From positions 1 to 64,000 of the forward strand of contig JASTWF010000339.1 of NCBI GenBank assembly GCA_030390025.1: 64,000 nt of DNA. The letters are read 5' to 3'. The translations under genes and the position numbers were made by a program. The stretch comes from Squalus acanthias. Taxonomy: Eukaryota. The notes below the pieces were generated by a model. It was not told the DNA's origin and searched no databases. It saw nothing but the letters and a program-made list of their open reading frames with translations. Positions 36,871-50,400 of this stretch are shown here, piece by piece (position 1 is the stretch's first letter; each line of letters starts with the position of its first letter).

Positions 36871-37244
36871 AACTAAGAAAAGAAATGAAAACTGACCACC
36901 TGGCGCATGAAATACTAAACATAATTTATAAAGTATGCCTGAAACACTTATTAATTCGATGATATTTTAAATCTATTTGCAATATTTTATACTTTGTGCA
37001 GCAACTTGATATAAAATGAGCAGCTGCACAGGTATTGCACTAAACAGTTTACAAACATTTCAAAATGTTAATAAAACAAGACAAATATAAAACCTTCCCA
37101 TTGATAGTTTATACAATCTGCTTGAGCTTTCTTCGTTCTTATGTTGATGGTGCTCCATCTGCATGAACTGTGCTCATAAAATGCGGCAGAGAAAGATCCT
37201 GAGATCCTGTTTACAGGAAGCACCCAGCTGACCATTTACCGTCT

Positions 37245-37548
37245 GCTGGGATCCGTGGTCGTTGCCCTGTGTGGATTCCACTAGTTCAATAGGTGGAGCA
37301 ATGCGGGCCGCTAACAATAGGCTGGGATCCGTGGTCGTTGCCCTGTGTGGATTCTATTAGTTCAATAGGCGGAGCAATGCGGGCCGCTAACAATAGGCTG
37401 GGATCCGTGGTCGTTGCCCTGTGTGGATTCCATTAGTTCAATAGGCGGAGCAATGCGGGCCGCTAACAATAGGCTGGGATAAGTGGTCGTTGCCCTGTGT
37501 GGATGTCATTAGTTCAATAGGTGGAGCAATGCGGGCCGCTAACAATAG
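37245..37548. repeat. 76-bp tandem repeat x4
   Basis: GCTGGGATCCGTGGTCGTTGCCCTGTGTGGATT...GCTAACAATAG at 37245, 37321, 37397 and 37473. Confidence 0.93.
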
Positions 37549-37725
37549 ATGCAAACAATGCTGTGAAATGGTTTCATTTGTGAATCAATGTTGGCTTCAT
37601 GTCATTGGTGATGGACGGGTTATTAAATGGTTATCTAATTAAGATACTAAAGGTGCTTAAAGGAATTGATAGTGTGGATGGGTCGAGCAATTCATCTCGA
37701 GCGGTGACGCAGAACGGGCGGTCTG

Positions 37726-37821
37726 GGATCGGCCGCCCGTTATACGCAGCGCCTGATATTCAGCTCCATTGACTGAAATTACAGCAAATATCAGGCGCTG
37801 CATATAACGGGCGGCTGATCC
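37726..37821. repeat. 35-bp inverted repeat with 26-bp loop, in a GC-rich MITE-like remnant
   Basis: GGATCGGCCGCCCGTTATACGCAGCGCCTGATATT / AATATCAGGCGCTGCATATAACGGGCGGCTGATCC. Confidence 0.75.
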
Positions 37822-39517
37822 GATCCCGTTCCTTTCTCCTGGTGACTCCTGGAAGGTGTCCAATAAGGTAGAGTAGCACAGCACTCACTCCTTTTAAGAG
37901 AAGTCCTCAGAGAATTTCCAGAATAAATGTTGATGGAGTGTTGGTGAAGTCTTGACGAAGTTTCCTAGAAAGTCTCCCGATGAGTTTCAAAAGTCCTCTT
38001 CAAAGCTCCAGCAGCAAGTGGACAGTAAAAGGCGATGTCCCTTTAAACAGCGCTCCAAATCTTCAGCAGCTACGCGTTTACTCCCAATCAGCTGGTCGCT
38101 GTTAGGAGAGGGCGTCAGGTCCAGCGCCGGCCACCAGAATGCCACGAAGCATCGTTAATGAGCGCTAGCAGGCAAGTTAAGTGGCAATTAGCTGCTTAAT
38201 GAACCTCCGGCGGCCGTTCATAGCGCAAGCTTCAACTCCTTGACCAAGATGGCGTCTTGCGTTAAACGGGGGCTAAACCGGTGTTTCAGCTTAAGACCCC
38301 AGTCTGGCCACCTTGGAGGCTCTTCAGCGCCTAAGGTATCTGGGGAACATCGCCGCCTCCCCACCCCTCCATCCCTTCTTATGAACTTTTGAATAGCTCA
38401 TGATGTCGTTCCGCCCTTCCGACGGGGGTGGCGCTGTAGCGCCTCAGCTTTGCGTTTCCCGACTCTGCAGCTCATAATTTAGAGAGATTCCGCTGCTCCA
38501 ACCCATGTCTCTGACTCCCAAACCGTAGAAAATGTTGCTACTTGGCCTCGACTCCCCATGTGCAACACCGCGGGAGATCATGTGGTAATAATATAAAATC
38601 ACAGTGCTAGGTATAAAAACGGCAGAATATGTCACTTTAAAATGGGACGTGGACAACATCTGTCCACCCTGGTCCGATTAACCCCGCCCTCTAACCCTGC
38701 TGCACCCGAAGACCACACCTGGTCTTAACTCCCCTATCTAACACTACAGGAGGTTGACTGTTATTCCCTACAACCAATATTTCCCAAGCAAGTACTCAGT
38801 CCCATTTTCCAGGCCTCCGTTGATTTTGGCTGTCTGATAACGTGTGCTGTACAACCTCGCATCCGTTCTGGGAAAACGCTGTCAACTGGCTGTACCTGGA
38901 ATCCTAACATGATGCCCCGTAGTTCTAGATTCCCCTACTAGAGAGAAGAGTTGTGTTATGTTATCTGTGTCTTCCTTAATTAGTCTACCATTTCGATCAA
39001 ACCGTCACACAATCTCATTTCGACACATTTTAGTACAAATTCATTCGGTCTCTGCACTCAGTCCATTTATCCGTCTTCTCACGCTGGTGATTTCTCGCTG
39101 GACTTTCTCCAAGGTGAGTATTTCCTTGCTAAGGTTTGTGACCCACACTGAAAACAACATGATCTAATAATAGCAACATTGTTTTTAATTACATGTAACT
39201 GCTTCATAGCAATCAGCAAGTACAAGAGAAATATACGCAGCAGTCACACAGAACCTGACCCAGAAACACAGTATCGGACCAAGTAGATGGAGCTTTACAC
39301 GGTTTCTAACGCGTGTTGTTCCTTCCCTGGGAGTGTTTGATAACATGAGAACATACCAAATATGAGCAGGAGTAGGACATACGGCCCCTCGAGCCTGCTC
39401 CGCCATTCAATAAGATCATGGCTGATCTTCAACCTCAAATCCACTTTCCCGCCCCATCCCCATATCCCTTGATTCCATTTGAGTCCAAAAATCTATCGAT
39501 CTCAGCCTTGAATAAAC

Positions 39518-40018
39518 GCAAAATCATCGAGCAGAAACTGATAGCCAAGTTCCGCACTCATGAGGACGGCCTCAACCGGGATCTTGGTTTCATGTCACGA
39601 TATATGACGTAGAGTCATCCAGACTCGAGTCGTCGTTGGCTTGTTCACAGATGTGATTTCCAGTTAAAAAAAAGTAAAATTTTAAAGTTTATCGTTTTCC
39701 ATACCGACTGCAACTTTTGACACATTAGACCCCCTGTAACCCCACCTCATTGTCTCAGTTGTATCTTGCTATGTCTTTGATGTGGTGCCTTCCTGGCTGA
39801 CCTGATTGTTTATCTGCCGAGGTGTGACAAAAGGCAGTCAGGAAGATTAAATGTAGTCGTCTGCCATTGTACGTTACACATGCATTGTTCTCTATCTATA
39901 TATGCTTTGTCGATTTGTATTCCTTTACTTCACCTGACGAAGGAGCAGCCGCTCCGAAAGCTTGTGATTTCAAATAAAACTGTTGGACTATAACCTGGTG
40001 TTGTGCGACTTCTCACTT
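39518..40018 (+). mobile_element. 5'-truncated Penelope-like element nested in the CR1 3' end
   Basis: RKIIEQKLIAKFRTHEDGLNRDLGFMSRY; TTGAATAAAC is duplicated at 39508-39517 and 40019-40028. Confidence 0.93.
39930..39967 (+). ncRNA. Minimal hammerhead ribozyme motif
   Basis: TCAC-CTGACGA-AGGAGCAGCCGCTCC-GAAA-GCTT-GTGA. Confidence 0.78.
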
Positions 40019-43000
40019 TTGAATAAACTCAACAACTCAGCATCCACAGCCCTCTGGGCGAGAGAATTCAGAATATTGACAACCCTCTGAGTGAAGAAAT
40101 TTCTCCTCCTCTCAGTCTTAAATGGCCGACCCCTTATCCTGAGGGTATGCCCCTAGTTCTAGACACTCCAGCCAGGGGAAACAACCTCTCAGCATCTACC
40201 CTGTCAATCCCCTTCAGAATCTTGTATGTTTCAATGAGATCATCTCTCATTCTTCTAAACTCCAGAGAGTATAGGCCCATTCTACACAATCTCTCATCAT
40301 AGGACAGCCCTCTCATCCCAGGAATCAATCTAGGGAACCTTCGTTGCATCCCCTATAAAGGATGCATATCCTTCTTTACATACGGAGACTAAAACTGTAC
40401 ACCGTACTTCAGGTGTGGTCTCATCAAAGCCCTGTACAATTGTAGCAAGACTTGCTTACTGTTGTACTCCAAACCCCCTTGCAATAAATGCCAACATACC
40501 ATTTGCCTTCCTAATTGAATGCTGTACCTGCATGTTAACTTCCTCTGTTTCGTGTACAAGGACTGCCAAATCCCTCTGAACACCAACATTTAATAGTTTC
40601 TCACTCGTTAAAAAATATTTTCTTTTCAGATTCTTCCTACCAAAGAGCATTGGTTAAAGGACAGAAAACAAAGACTAGGAGTAAACTTGTAATTTTCAGG
40701 TTGAAAGGCTGTTACTGGTACAAGTATTAGTGTTGGGCCCTCAGCCAGTTACAATCTAAATTAATGACTTAGATGAAGGGATTATTACCCTGCTAATTAT
40801 ATCCTCAAAAGGTTGTAATAAATTATTCAAACACGATTTCCCTTTCATGAAACCATGTTGACTCTGCCCAATCATGTTATGATTTTCTCAGTGCCCTGTT
40901 ACCACTTCCTTAACAATGGATTGCAGCATCTTCCCGATGACTGATGTCAGGCTAACTGGCCAGTATTTCCCTGTTTTCTCTTTCCCACCTTTCTGGAGTA
41001 GCGGTGTTATATTTTCTATCTTTCATTCCACCGGGACAGTTCCAGAATCTAAGGAATTTTGGAAAATTGCTACCAATGCATCCATTATCTCTGCAGACAC
41101 CTCTTTGAGGATCTCAGGATGTGGGCCATCAGGTACAGGGGATTTGTCGGATTTTAGTCCCATTAATTTATCCAGTACTTTCTCTTTCCTAATATTAATT
41201 ACTTTAAGTTCCTCACTCTCATTAGACGATTGGCTCCCCATTATCTCTGGTCTGTTTTTAGTCTCTGTTACGGTGAAGACAGATACAAAATATTTTTAAC
41301 GTCTTTGACATTTCCTGATGCCCCATTATAAGTTCTACAGTCTCAGCCTCTAAGGGACCCACGTTTACTTTCGCTACTCTCTTCCTTTTTATATACTTGT
41401 AGAAGCTCTTAAAATCTGTTTCTATTTTCTCCTTCTTTATCACTATTTTGGCCATCCTTTGCTGGTTTTTGAAACTCTCCCAATCCTCAGGCTTACTATT
41501 CTTCTTGGCAACGTTATAAACCTCTTTTAATCTAATACTATTCTTATCCTCATTAATTAGTCATGGATGGATCACTTTTTCCGTGATGTTTTTATATCTC
41601 AATGAAATGTATATTTAATGAGAATTATGAAATATTTCTTTAAATGTTCACCTTTGCATATCTACCGCCATACCTTTTAATCTATTTTCCCAGTCTACCT
41701 TAGTTAACTCGCCACTTATACCTTTGTAATTGGCTTTAGTTAAGTTTAAGATTTTTGTTTCGGACTTAAGTACGTCACTCTTGAATTCAACGTGGAATTC
41801 TATTATGTTATGGTCACTCTTCCCCAGATTAGTAATTACCCCTGTCTCATTACACAAGACACGATCTAAAATAACCTCTTCCCTGGTTGCTTCCACGATG
41901 AATTGTTCTAGGAAAATCTCTCTCGTGCGTTCCATTAACTCTTCTTCAAAACTACTTTTGCCAATTTGATTTGTCGAGTCTATATGAAGATTAAGGTCCC
42001 CCACGATTATTGCATTACCTTTGTTAGAAGCTTCTCTTATTTCTTGATGAATACTCTGTCCAACAGTATAGATACTGTTCGGGTGGCCTACAAACTACTC
42101 CCACCAATGTTTTCTGTTCTTTGTTACTTCTTATTTCCACCCATACTGATTCTACTTCCTGGTCTTCTGAGCCAAGATCCTTCCACATTACTGTCCTTAT
42201 GTCATCCTTTATTATCAGTGCTACCCGCCCTCATTTTCCATTTTGTTTGTCTTTTCGGAATGTCAAGTACCCTGGAATATTATTTCCCAATGTTGGTTAA
42301 CCTGCAATCACGTCTTTGTAATGGCGATTAGATCAAACCCATTTATCACTATTTGTGTCATTAATTCCTCTATCTTGTTACGAATGCTTCGTGCATTCAG
42401 ATAAAGCATTTTAATATTAACCTTTTACCTTTTTCCCCTGATTTGACCGTATTCACTGATGCACTATTACTGTTAAACTCTCTGTCCCTCCCTGTCACAA
42501 TCTGCTTATCTTTATCCAATCGCTACACTGCTCTATGGACTTGAATTTTCTCTTTAGATTTTGTACGTTTCCCCTTACCTGATTTCTCCCCTTTTAATTT
42601 AAAGCCCTATCTACAGCCTCAGTTTTTCAATTCGCCGGAACATTGGTCACAGCCCGGTTTAAGTGGCTACTGTCCAAATGGAACAGCCCCCTCTTTCCCC
42701 AGTACTGTCGCGAGTGACCAATGAATCGAAACCCCTTCCTCCCATACCACTCTTTGAGCCACGCATTTAAACCTCTAATCTGTTTCATCCTGTGCCAATT
42801 TGCATGTGACTCTGGTAACAATCCAGAGATTATTAGCTTTAAGGTTCTGCTTTTTAATTTGGATCCTAGATACTCAAACTTCCTCAGCAGAACCTCATTT
42901 CTAGATCTACCGATGTCGTTGGATCCGACGTGGAACACGACAACTGGATCCTCCCTCTACCACTTCAAGTGCTTCTCCAACCGCGTGGAGAAGTTCTTAA

Positions 43001-43359
43001 CCCTGGCACTGGACAGGCAACACAACCTCGGAACTCCCGATCGTAGCTGCCGAGAACTGTATCTATCCTCTGACTATAGGGACCCTTACCAGTACCACAT
43101 TCTTTTTCACTCCCCCCATTTGAACGCCCTCATGTACCACGGTGCCATGGTCAGATTGCTCATTCACTCTGCAGAGTTTACTTCATCCACATTGGCCGCA
43201 AGTACCTTGCACTTGTTTGAAAGTGACAAAGGTCGAGGCTCCTCCAGCACTGCACCTGGGGTCCCCTTACTTGCTTGAGTCGCAGTCACACCCTCCTTTC
43301 TATGACCTGATTTGTACCACCTCTTAACCTAAAAGGTGTGACCGCCTCCTGGATCAAAG

Positions 43360-44064
43360 GGCTAAAAAATCCGTAGCGCCCCGTTTGGGCGATAACTTTA
43401 GAAATCTCAGAAAAGTATCGCCAGGCGATAATCATTTTCTCGTCCCGGGAAATTGAAATTTAGCGCTCCAAGAGGGAAGTGGAGCGCTAAATCAAGCGCT
43501 AACCACTTCTCTTAGGGTGCTAAATTGCGAGTATGGGGCGGTAGCAGCAGAGCGCTGAACAATGTGGAGTGCAAAGATACCGGCATCGGAGGCTGCTTCC
43601 CTCGCTTAAAGAGAAGGGCCAATGATGGTGCACAACATGCTTCTGCTCAGTTCTCTGTTGCCAGGCGACCTGTTCGACTGCCATTCTAGCCCCTTTCACT
43701 CTCAGCATCTCGCAGCAATAAGCATCGAAAACTTTCAGGAGGCACCAGACTGGTGCAAAGAATACCACTGCCTTTAGTTAGCGCTCTCCAAGCGGCCAGC
43801 CGAGGTAACAACGCCTCCGCTTCCTGCCGTTGCTGACACCCAGCGATAGCAGGGGGCAGGAGGCAATTTCATCTCCGGGGCGGTAACGGGGCACTGCGCA
43901 CTTTATGACGTCAGAACCTGCGAGGCGCTGGAGGGTGATGTGGTAAGTGTTAGCGCCAGTGCTAAACCGGCAGGGAAGTTTGCAGGCATTGCTGAATTCG
44001 CCGCACCCAGTCGCTAGCCCCTTAGCGTCCCAGTACCGCCTCCCCCAGGCGCTAACAGGAGGTG
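43360..44064. mobile_element. ~705-bp GC-rich non-coding insertion in CR1 ORF1
   Basis: Removing it restores ...GAGTTACCTGGAGACTTTGATCCAGGAGGCGGTCACACC (cf. 58468-58508); CAAAG lies on both sides (43355-43359, 44065-44069). Confidence 0.7.
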
Positions 44065-44386
44065 CAAAGTCTCCAGGTAACTCTATCCCCGCCCTCACTG
44101 ATGCCTCGCAATGTCTGCACCTCAGGGTCCAGCTCAACAACTCTGAGCTGAAGTTCCTCGAGATGCAGACATTTACCGCAGATCTGGTTGTCCGGGATCG
44201 GGATGCTCCCACAAACTCCCACATGCTGCAGTTGCGGTACACCTCCTGCACTGCCATCCCTATCAAACCTTGTTTTATTTATTTAATTAATTAAAATGTA
44301 TGAATTTAATCAAGTTAGCTTATAGTTTTTAGTATCATCACGAATTACTTGATTTAGTTTAAGTTATAGGTAAATTAAATTAAATA

Positions 44387-44597
44387 TGATGTGGAGATGC
44401 CGGTGTTGGACTGGGGTGGACAAATGTGAGAAGTCGCACAACACCAGGTTATAGTCCAACAGCTTTATTTGAAATCACAAGCTTTCGGAGCGCTGCTCCT
44501 TCGTCTGACTTCACCTGACGAAGGAGCAGCGCTCCGAAAGCTTGTGATTTCAAATAAAGCTGTTGGACTATAACCTGGTGTTGTGCGACATCTCACA
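44387..44597. mobile_element. Non-autonomous fold-back Penelope derivative (~210 bp)
   Basis: Inverted arms of the PLE terminus around a ~12-nt loop; tail only on the left; TTAAATTAAATA is duplicated at 44375-44386 and 44598-44609. Confidence 0.92.
44511..44547 (+). ncRNA. Minimal hammerhead ribozyme motif
   Basis: TCAC-CTGACGA-AGGAGCAGCGCTCC-GAAA-GCTT-GTGA. Confidence 0.78.
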
Positions 44598-45489
44598 TTA
44601 AATTAAATAGTCACCGGTTACACGAACAAGTATTGGAGGGAAAAGCAGCCCCTCCTTCCTCCTTTGCACCGAACTCCCACTCTCACCAAATTCCCACGAT
44701 TACACTCTGTTTATGACGCACTCCGTTTATGACAACACTGTCCGTCCATTCGTTGCCTCAGCAGATAAATGATACATTTCTACACGTTTTCTCGCCACAC
44801 CCAAGTTACAAGTGCTGACGCAGCTTCCTGCTCACAGTAATTACCCCCTATTCAGGCAAACAATTAAAGCTGATTGACTGGTAACTGTTAACAGCCACTG
44901 ACAGGCAGTTTCTGTTAACGCTTGACTAACTTGCAGTTTATTTTAAAAGTTTTTAAAGTTCTAAGTTAAATTCCAAAAGTCAAAATAAATTTCAGATTGA
45001 GACGCATTACTTACCAGAGTTCAACCTTTCCCGAATTCCCCTCATTAAACTCTGTTTAAAATGCACTCCGTTCGTGCCCACTCTCATCTCTTTTTGGCAA
45101 TCTATTTGAAAGAAATGGGTGATTGAAAAACATGATATACGGTTGCATCCAGCAGGAAGAGAACCATAAACTTAAAGTATATAAGACAGATGCCATGGTA
45201 TTTTTGGTTAGAAAGAAAGAAATAAGGAGAGAAAGAGGAATTCTAAATCCCGGGGCTAAGAACAGGTTTGGCGAAGCCATTTCACGATGGTTTATTAAAT
45301 CAACGCACAATAAATTTTGGATGGAGGGCTGACCTGTTCGGTTCTGTATGTTTGGTTAGGGTGTTTTAAGATAAATCCTTTGTCGGTAATAAATGAACTG
45401 AATTATAACATCTGCCACTGTCTCTAGTTGTACGAACCGATTTAAAGGATGAGGAAATAATTATCCAACAGACGTGCTTGGCACTGCCC

Positions 45490-46622
45490 TTACATTACCC
45501 AGGTCCTTGTCCCTTGCACACACAACCCAGCCTGGTGTACACGTGGTGAAAACTGATCCTCGTCCCGTTCAGCAGCCTTGAGCGCACAACCCAGCCTAGT
45601 GTACATGTGAATAGCACTGGCCCTGTAATACCCAGGGACTTGTCCTTCAGTGCAGAACCCAGCCTGGTGTACACGTGACGATTATAGCCACGGCTTTATC
45701 CATCAGCACACAACCCTTTCTCGTCGACATGTTAATAGAATTAAACATTCACTCCCCCAACCACCGGCGTACCGTGGCTGCAGTGTGTACCATCTACAAG
45801 ATGCACTGCAGCAACTCGCCAAGGCTTGTTCGGCAGCACCTCCCAAACCCGCGACCTCTTCCATCTAGAAGGACAAGGGCAGCAGATGGGAATACCATCA
45901 CCTCCAGGTTCCCCTCCAAGTCACACACTATCCTGACTTAGAAGTATATCGCCGATCCTTCATCGTCACTGGGTCAAAGTCCTGGAACTCCCTACATAAC
46001 AGCACTGTGGGAGTACCTTCACCACACGGACTGCAGATGTTCAAGAAAGCGGCTCACCACCACCTTCCCAAAGGCAATTAGGGATGGGCAATAAATGCTG
46101 GCCTTGCCAGCGACGCCCACATCTCTTCAAAATGAATTTAAAAAAACCCTGGCCCGATAATAGCCAGGGCCCTATCCTTCAGCACACAACCCTTTCTACT
46201 GTACATGGGAATAGCCCTGGATCTATAATACCCAGGGCCCTATCCTTCAGCACACAACTCTTTCTAGTGTACATGTGAATAGCCCTGGCCCTATAATACC
46301 CAGGGCCTTATTCTTCAGTACACAACCCTGCCTGCTGTACTTGTGAATAGCCCTGGCCCTATAATACCCAGGGCCTTAACCTTCAGCGCTGAACCCTGCC
46401 TGGTGTACACGTGAATAGCCCTGGCCCTATAATATCCAGGGCCTTATCCTTCAGCACACAACCCTGCCTGGTGTACATGTGAATAGCCCTGTCCCTATAA
46501 TACCCAGGTCCTTATCCTTCAGGACACAATCCTTTCTAGTGTACATGTGAATAGCCCTGTCCCTATAATACCCAGGTCCTCAGGTGACTGCCTGGTGTAC
46601 ACGTGACTGGCATTGGCCCTAC
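45490..46622. repeat. 68-bp minisatellite interrupted by a LINE fragment
   Basis: Unit GTGTACATGTGAATAGCCCTGGCCCTATAATACCCAGGGCCTTATCCTTCAGCACACAACCCTGCCTG (period 68 at 46267/46335/46403); more decayed units at 45490-45720. Confidence 0.88.
45742..46145 (+). mobile_element. LINE family B 3' fragment
   Basis: HRRTVAAVCTIYKMHCSNSPRL...; reverse complement of 3090-3480. Confidence 0.85.
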
Positions 46623-46689
46623 CCACGTGATTCACGCTACCTTTATCTACATTTACTTACGTCTACCAGATGTGGGCCCATTCCTCTGC

Positions 46690-47250
46690 CACATCTAGAT
46701 TTGCCTGTAATTTATTTTCTCATCTAAGTTCCTAACACCCACACAATTCCTTGTATCATCTCTGAGTTTGTGGGAAGTTCCCCCGATGCCTTCTTGCAAA
46801 TCATTGATAAAGATGGTGAAGAGCAACAATCCCATCACTTAGGTAACTCCATCAGTTACAGGTCCACACACAGAACCACTGCCATTAATAACTACCTTCT
46901 GTCTTCAAGAATGTAGCCGGTTCCTTAGTGAGCCCAAAATCTACCTGCTAAACCCACAGGACTCAACCTCATTCAGCAGCCTTCCATGTGGCACCTTGTC
47001 AAGGGCATTTTGGAACTCAAGATCCAGAAGGGTAACCGGGCAACTAGCATCCAACAACCCAGTAACTTCCTCAAAAATTCAACCAAGTTAGTGAGACCAA
47101 ACCTTTGTCTGAAACCCTGTTGAGATTTTTAGATTAAGCCATTCTCTGTCAAGGTGACCGTACAGTGTTTCACTGACGATGCGTTTAACTGAAGTGAAAT
47201 TAACGAGCCTGTAATTTCCCGGTTCTCTCATTTCCTTTATTAAGTCTTGG
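46690..47250 (-). mobile_element. Old CR1-like RT fragment
   Basis: Minus strand reads LDLEFQNALDKVPHGRLL and REPGNYRLVNFTSV. Confidence 0.6.
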
Positions 47251-47487
47251 AACCACATGGGGCTGTCACCAGTACACGGAACAATTCCAGTCCCAGCGAA
47301 TTGTTCAATATATGAACACGGGGCCCGCGGGGCACACTCCCCATTTCTTTGAGCGTCCTCTGTTGCACATGAAAGGCCCAGCTGCCTGGTCTGTTTTGAT
47401 ATCCTTTGAGACCGTTCTAAATCCGGATAAATTTTGTCAATTTCAACTTTAGCATTATCGCAGCCGTTACTTCCACAGCGATCCTTT

Positions 47488-50400
47488 GATAGTATCATTA
47501 AGGGGATAGATAGGATTCTTTGCAGCCGAGAGCGAGAGTCCCGAAGGCTATGTTGCCTGCCCGGTGCCAGGGTTAAGGACATCTCCTCTGGGCTGGAGAG
47601 AAACTTGGAGTGGGAGGGGGAAGATCCAGTTGTCGTGGTCCATGTTGGTACCAATGACATAGATAGGACAAGGAATGAGTTCTGCTGAGGGAGTATGAGC
47701 AGCTAGGGGCCAAATTAAAAAACAGAACCTCTAGGGTAGTAATCTCTGGATTACTACCTGAGCCACGAGCAAATTTGGCTAGGGTAAATAAAATCAGAGG
47801 GTTAAATGCGTGGCTCAAAGACTGGGAGAAATGGGTTTTGCTACCTGGGACACTGGCACCAGTGCTGGGACAGGAGAGAGCTGTTCCGTTGGGACGGACT
47901 TCACTTGGCCAGTGCTGGGACTAGAGTCCTGGCGAATCGAATAACTAGGGCTGTAGAGAGGGCTTTAAACTAATTAGTGGGGGGGAGGTTTCAAGAGAGC
48001 AAAAAATAAAAATGTCAGCGGAGAAGGCAATAGAGCAAAGTAGCAGTGGGGTAATTAAAAACCAGAGCGTGTCAGGAAGGGACAGAATATATAAAGATAA
48101 AGATAAAGTAGTAAAGGGGGTAAAAGCAGGAATAAATTGTCACAAAACATATTTAAAAGTTCTTTATCTGAATGCACGCAGCATTCGTAACAAAATAGAC
48201 AAATTGACGGTACAAATAACTACGTATGGGTATGATCTTGTGGCCATTACAGAAACATGGCTGCAGGGTGACAACGACTGGGAATTAAATATGCCAGGGT
48301 ATTTAACAATCAGGAAGGACAGACAGGAAGGAAGAGGAGGTGGGGTAGCTATGTTAATAAAGGAAGGAATCACTGTATTACAGAGAAATGATATTGGGTC
48401 AAAGGATCAGGATAATGAAACAGTTTGGGTGGAGATAAGGAATAATAAAGGGAAAAAAACACTAGTGGGAGTAGTATATAGGCCTCCTAATAGTTGCAAC
48501 TCTGCTGGAAGAAGTATTAATCAGGAAATAGTTGGGGCATGTAATAAGGGAACAGCTATAATTATGGGGGATTTTAACTATCATATTAACTGGACAAATC
48601 AAATTGGGCAGGGCAGCCTTGAGGAAGAGTTTATTGAGTGTCTTAGGGATGGATTTCTTGAGCAGTATGTAACTGATCCTACAAGGGGGCAAGCAACCTT
48701 GGACCTGGTCCTGTGTAATGAGTCAGGATTAATTAATAATGTCCTAGTTAAGGATCCCCTTGGAATGAGTGACCATAACATGGTTGAATTCCATATCCAA
48801 TTAGAGGGTGAGAAGGTTGGTTCTCAGACAAGCGTACTGAGCTTGAATAAAGGAGACTATGATGGTATGAGAGCGGAATTGATTAAAGTGGACTGGGAAA
48901 ATAGATTAAAGGGTACATGAGCAGTGGTGTTCATTTAAGGAGTTATTTTACAACTTTCAAAAAATATATATTCCACTGAGGAAAAAAGGGTGTAAAAGAA
49001 ATGACAGCCATCCGTGGCTAAGTAAAGAAATTAAGGATAGTATCCAACTAAAAACAAGGACATATAAGGTAGCCAAACTTAGTGGGAGGATAGAAGATTG
49101 GGAAGTCTTCAAAAGACAGCAAAAAGTAACTAAAGGATTGATTAAGAAAGGGAAGATAGATTATGAAAATAAATTAGCAAAAAATATAAAAACAGATAGC
49201 AAGAGTTTCTATAGTTATATAAAAAGAAAAAGGGTGGCTAAGGCAAACGTAGGTCCCTTAGAGGATGAGACCGGGAAATTAATGGTGGGAAACATGGAGA
49301 TGGCAAAAATGCTGAACAAATATTTTGTTTCAGTCTTTACGGTAGAGGACACTAAGAATATCCCAACACTGGACAAACAGGGGGCTCTAATGGGAGAGGA
49401 GCTAAATACGATTAAAATCACTAAGGAATTGGTACTCAGTAAAATAATGGGACTCAAGGCGGATAAATCCCCTGGACCTGATGGCTTACATCCTAGGGTC
49501 TTGAGGGAAGTGGCAATAGGGATTGTGGATGCTTTGGTAATAATTTTCCAAAATTCCCTGGACTCAGCAAAGGTCCCTGCAGATTGGAAAACTGCTAATG
49601 TAACACCCTTATTTAAAAAGGGTAGTAGGCAGAAAGCTGGAAATTATAGACCAGTTAGTCTAACATCTGTGGTGGGTAAAATTTTGGAGTCTATTATTAA
49701 GGAGACAGTAACAGAACATTTAGATAAACATAATTTGATAGGACAAAGTCAGCATGGCTTTATGAAGGGGAAATCATGTCTGACAAATTTGCTTGAGTTC
49801 TTTGAGGACATAACGTACAGGGTGGATAAAGGGGAACCAATGGACGTAGTGTATTTAGACTTCCAGAAGGCATTCGACAAGGTGCCACATAAAAGATTAT
49901 TGCTCAAGATAAAAAATCACTGGATTGGGGGGAATATTCTGGCATGGGTGGAGGATTGGTTATCTAACAGGAAGCAGAGAGTTGGGATAAATGGTTCATT
50001 CTCGGACTGGCAACCAGTAGCCAGTGGTGTTCCGCAGGGGTCAGTGCTGGGTCCCCAACTCTTTACAATCTATATTAACGATTTGGAGGAGGGGACCGAG
50101 TGTAACATATCAAAGTTTGCAGATGATACAAAGATGGGAGGGAAAGTAGAAAGTGAGGAGGACATAAAAAACCTACAAGGGGATATAGACAAGCTGGGTG
50201 AGTGGGCAGAGATTTGGCAGATGCAATACAATATTGGAAAATGTGAGGTTATGCACTTTGGCAGGAAAAATCAGAGAGCAAGTTATTATCTTAATAGCGA
50301 GAAACTGGAAAGTACTGCAGTACAAAGGGATCTGGGGGTCCTAGTGCAAGAAAATCAAAAAGTTAGTATGCAGGTGCAACAGGTGATCAAGAAGGCCAAC

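Larger units (their letters stand above)
39341..45060 (-). mobile_element. Decayed, near full-length CR1 LINE with nested insertions and an internal inversion
   Basis: RT/APE fragments at 40134-42400, ORF1 esterase at 42627-43060, ORF1 N-terminus (MAVQEVYRNCSMWEF) near 44260, 5' UTR homologous to 57740-58110; many stops and frameshifts. Confidence 0.88.
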
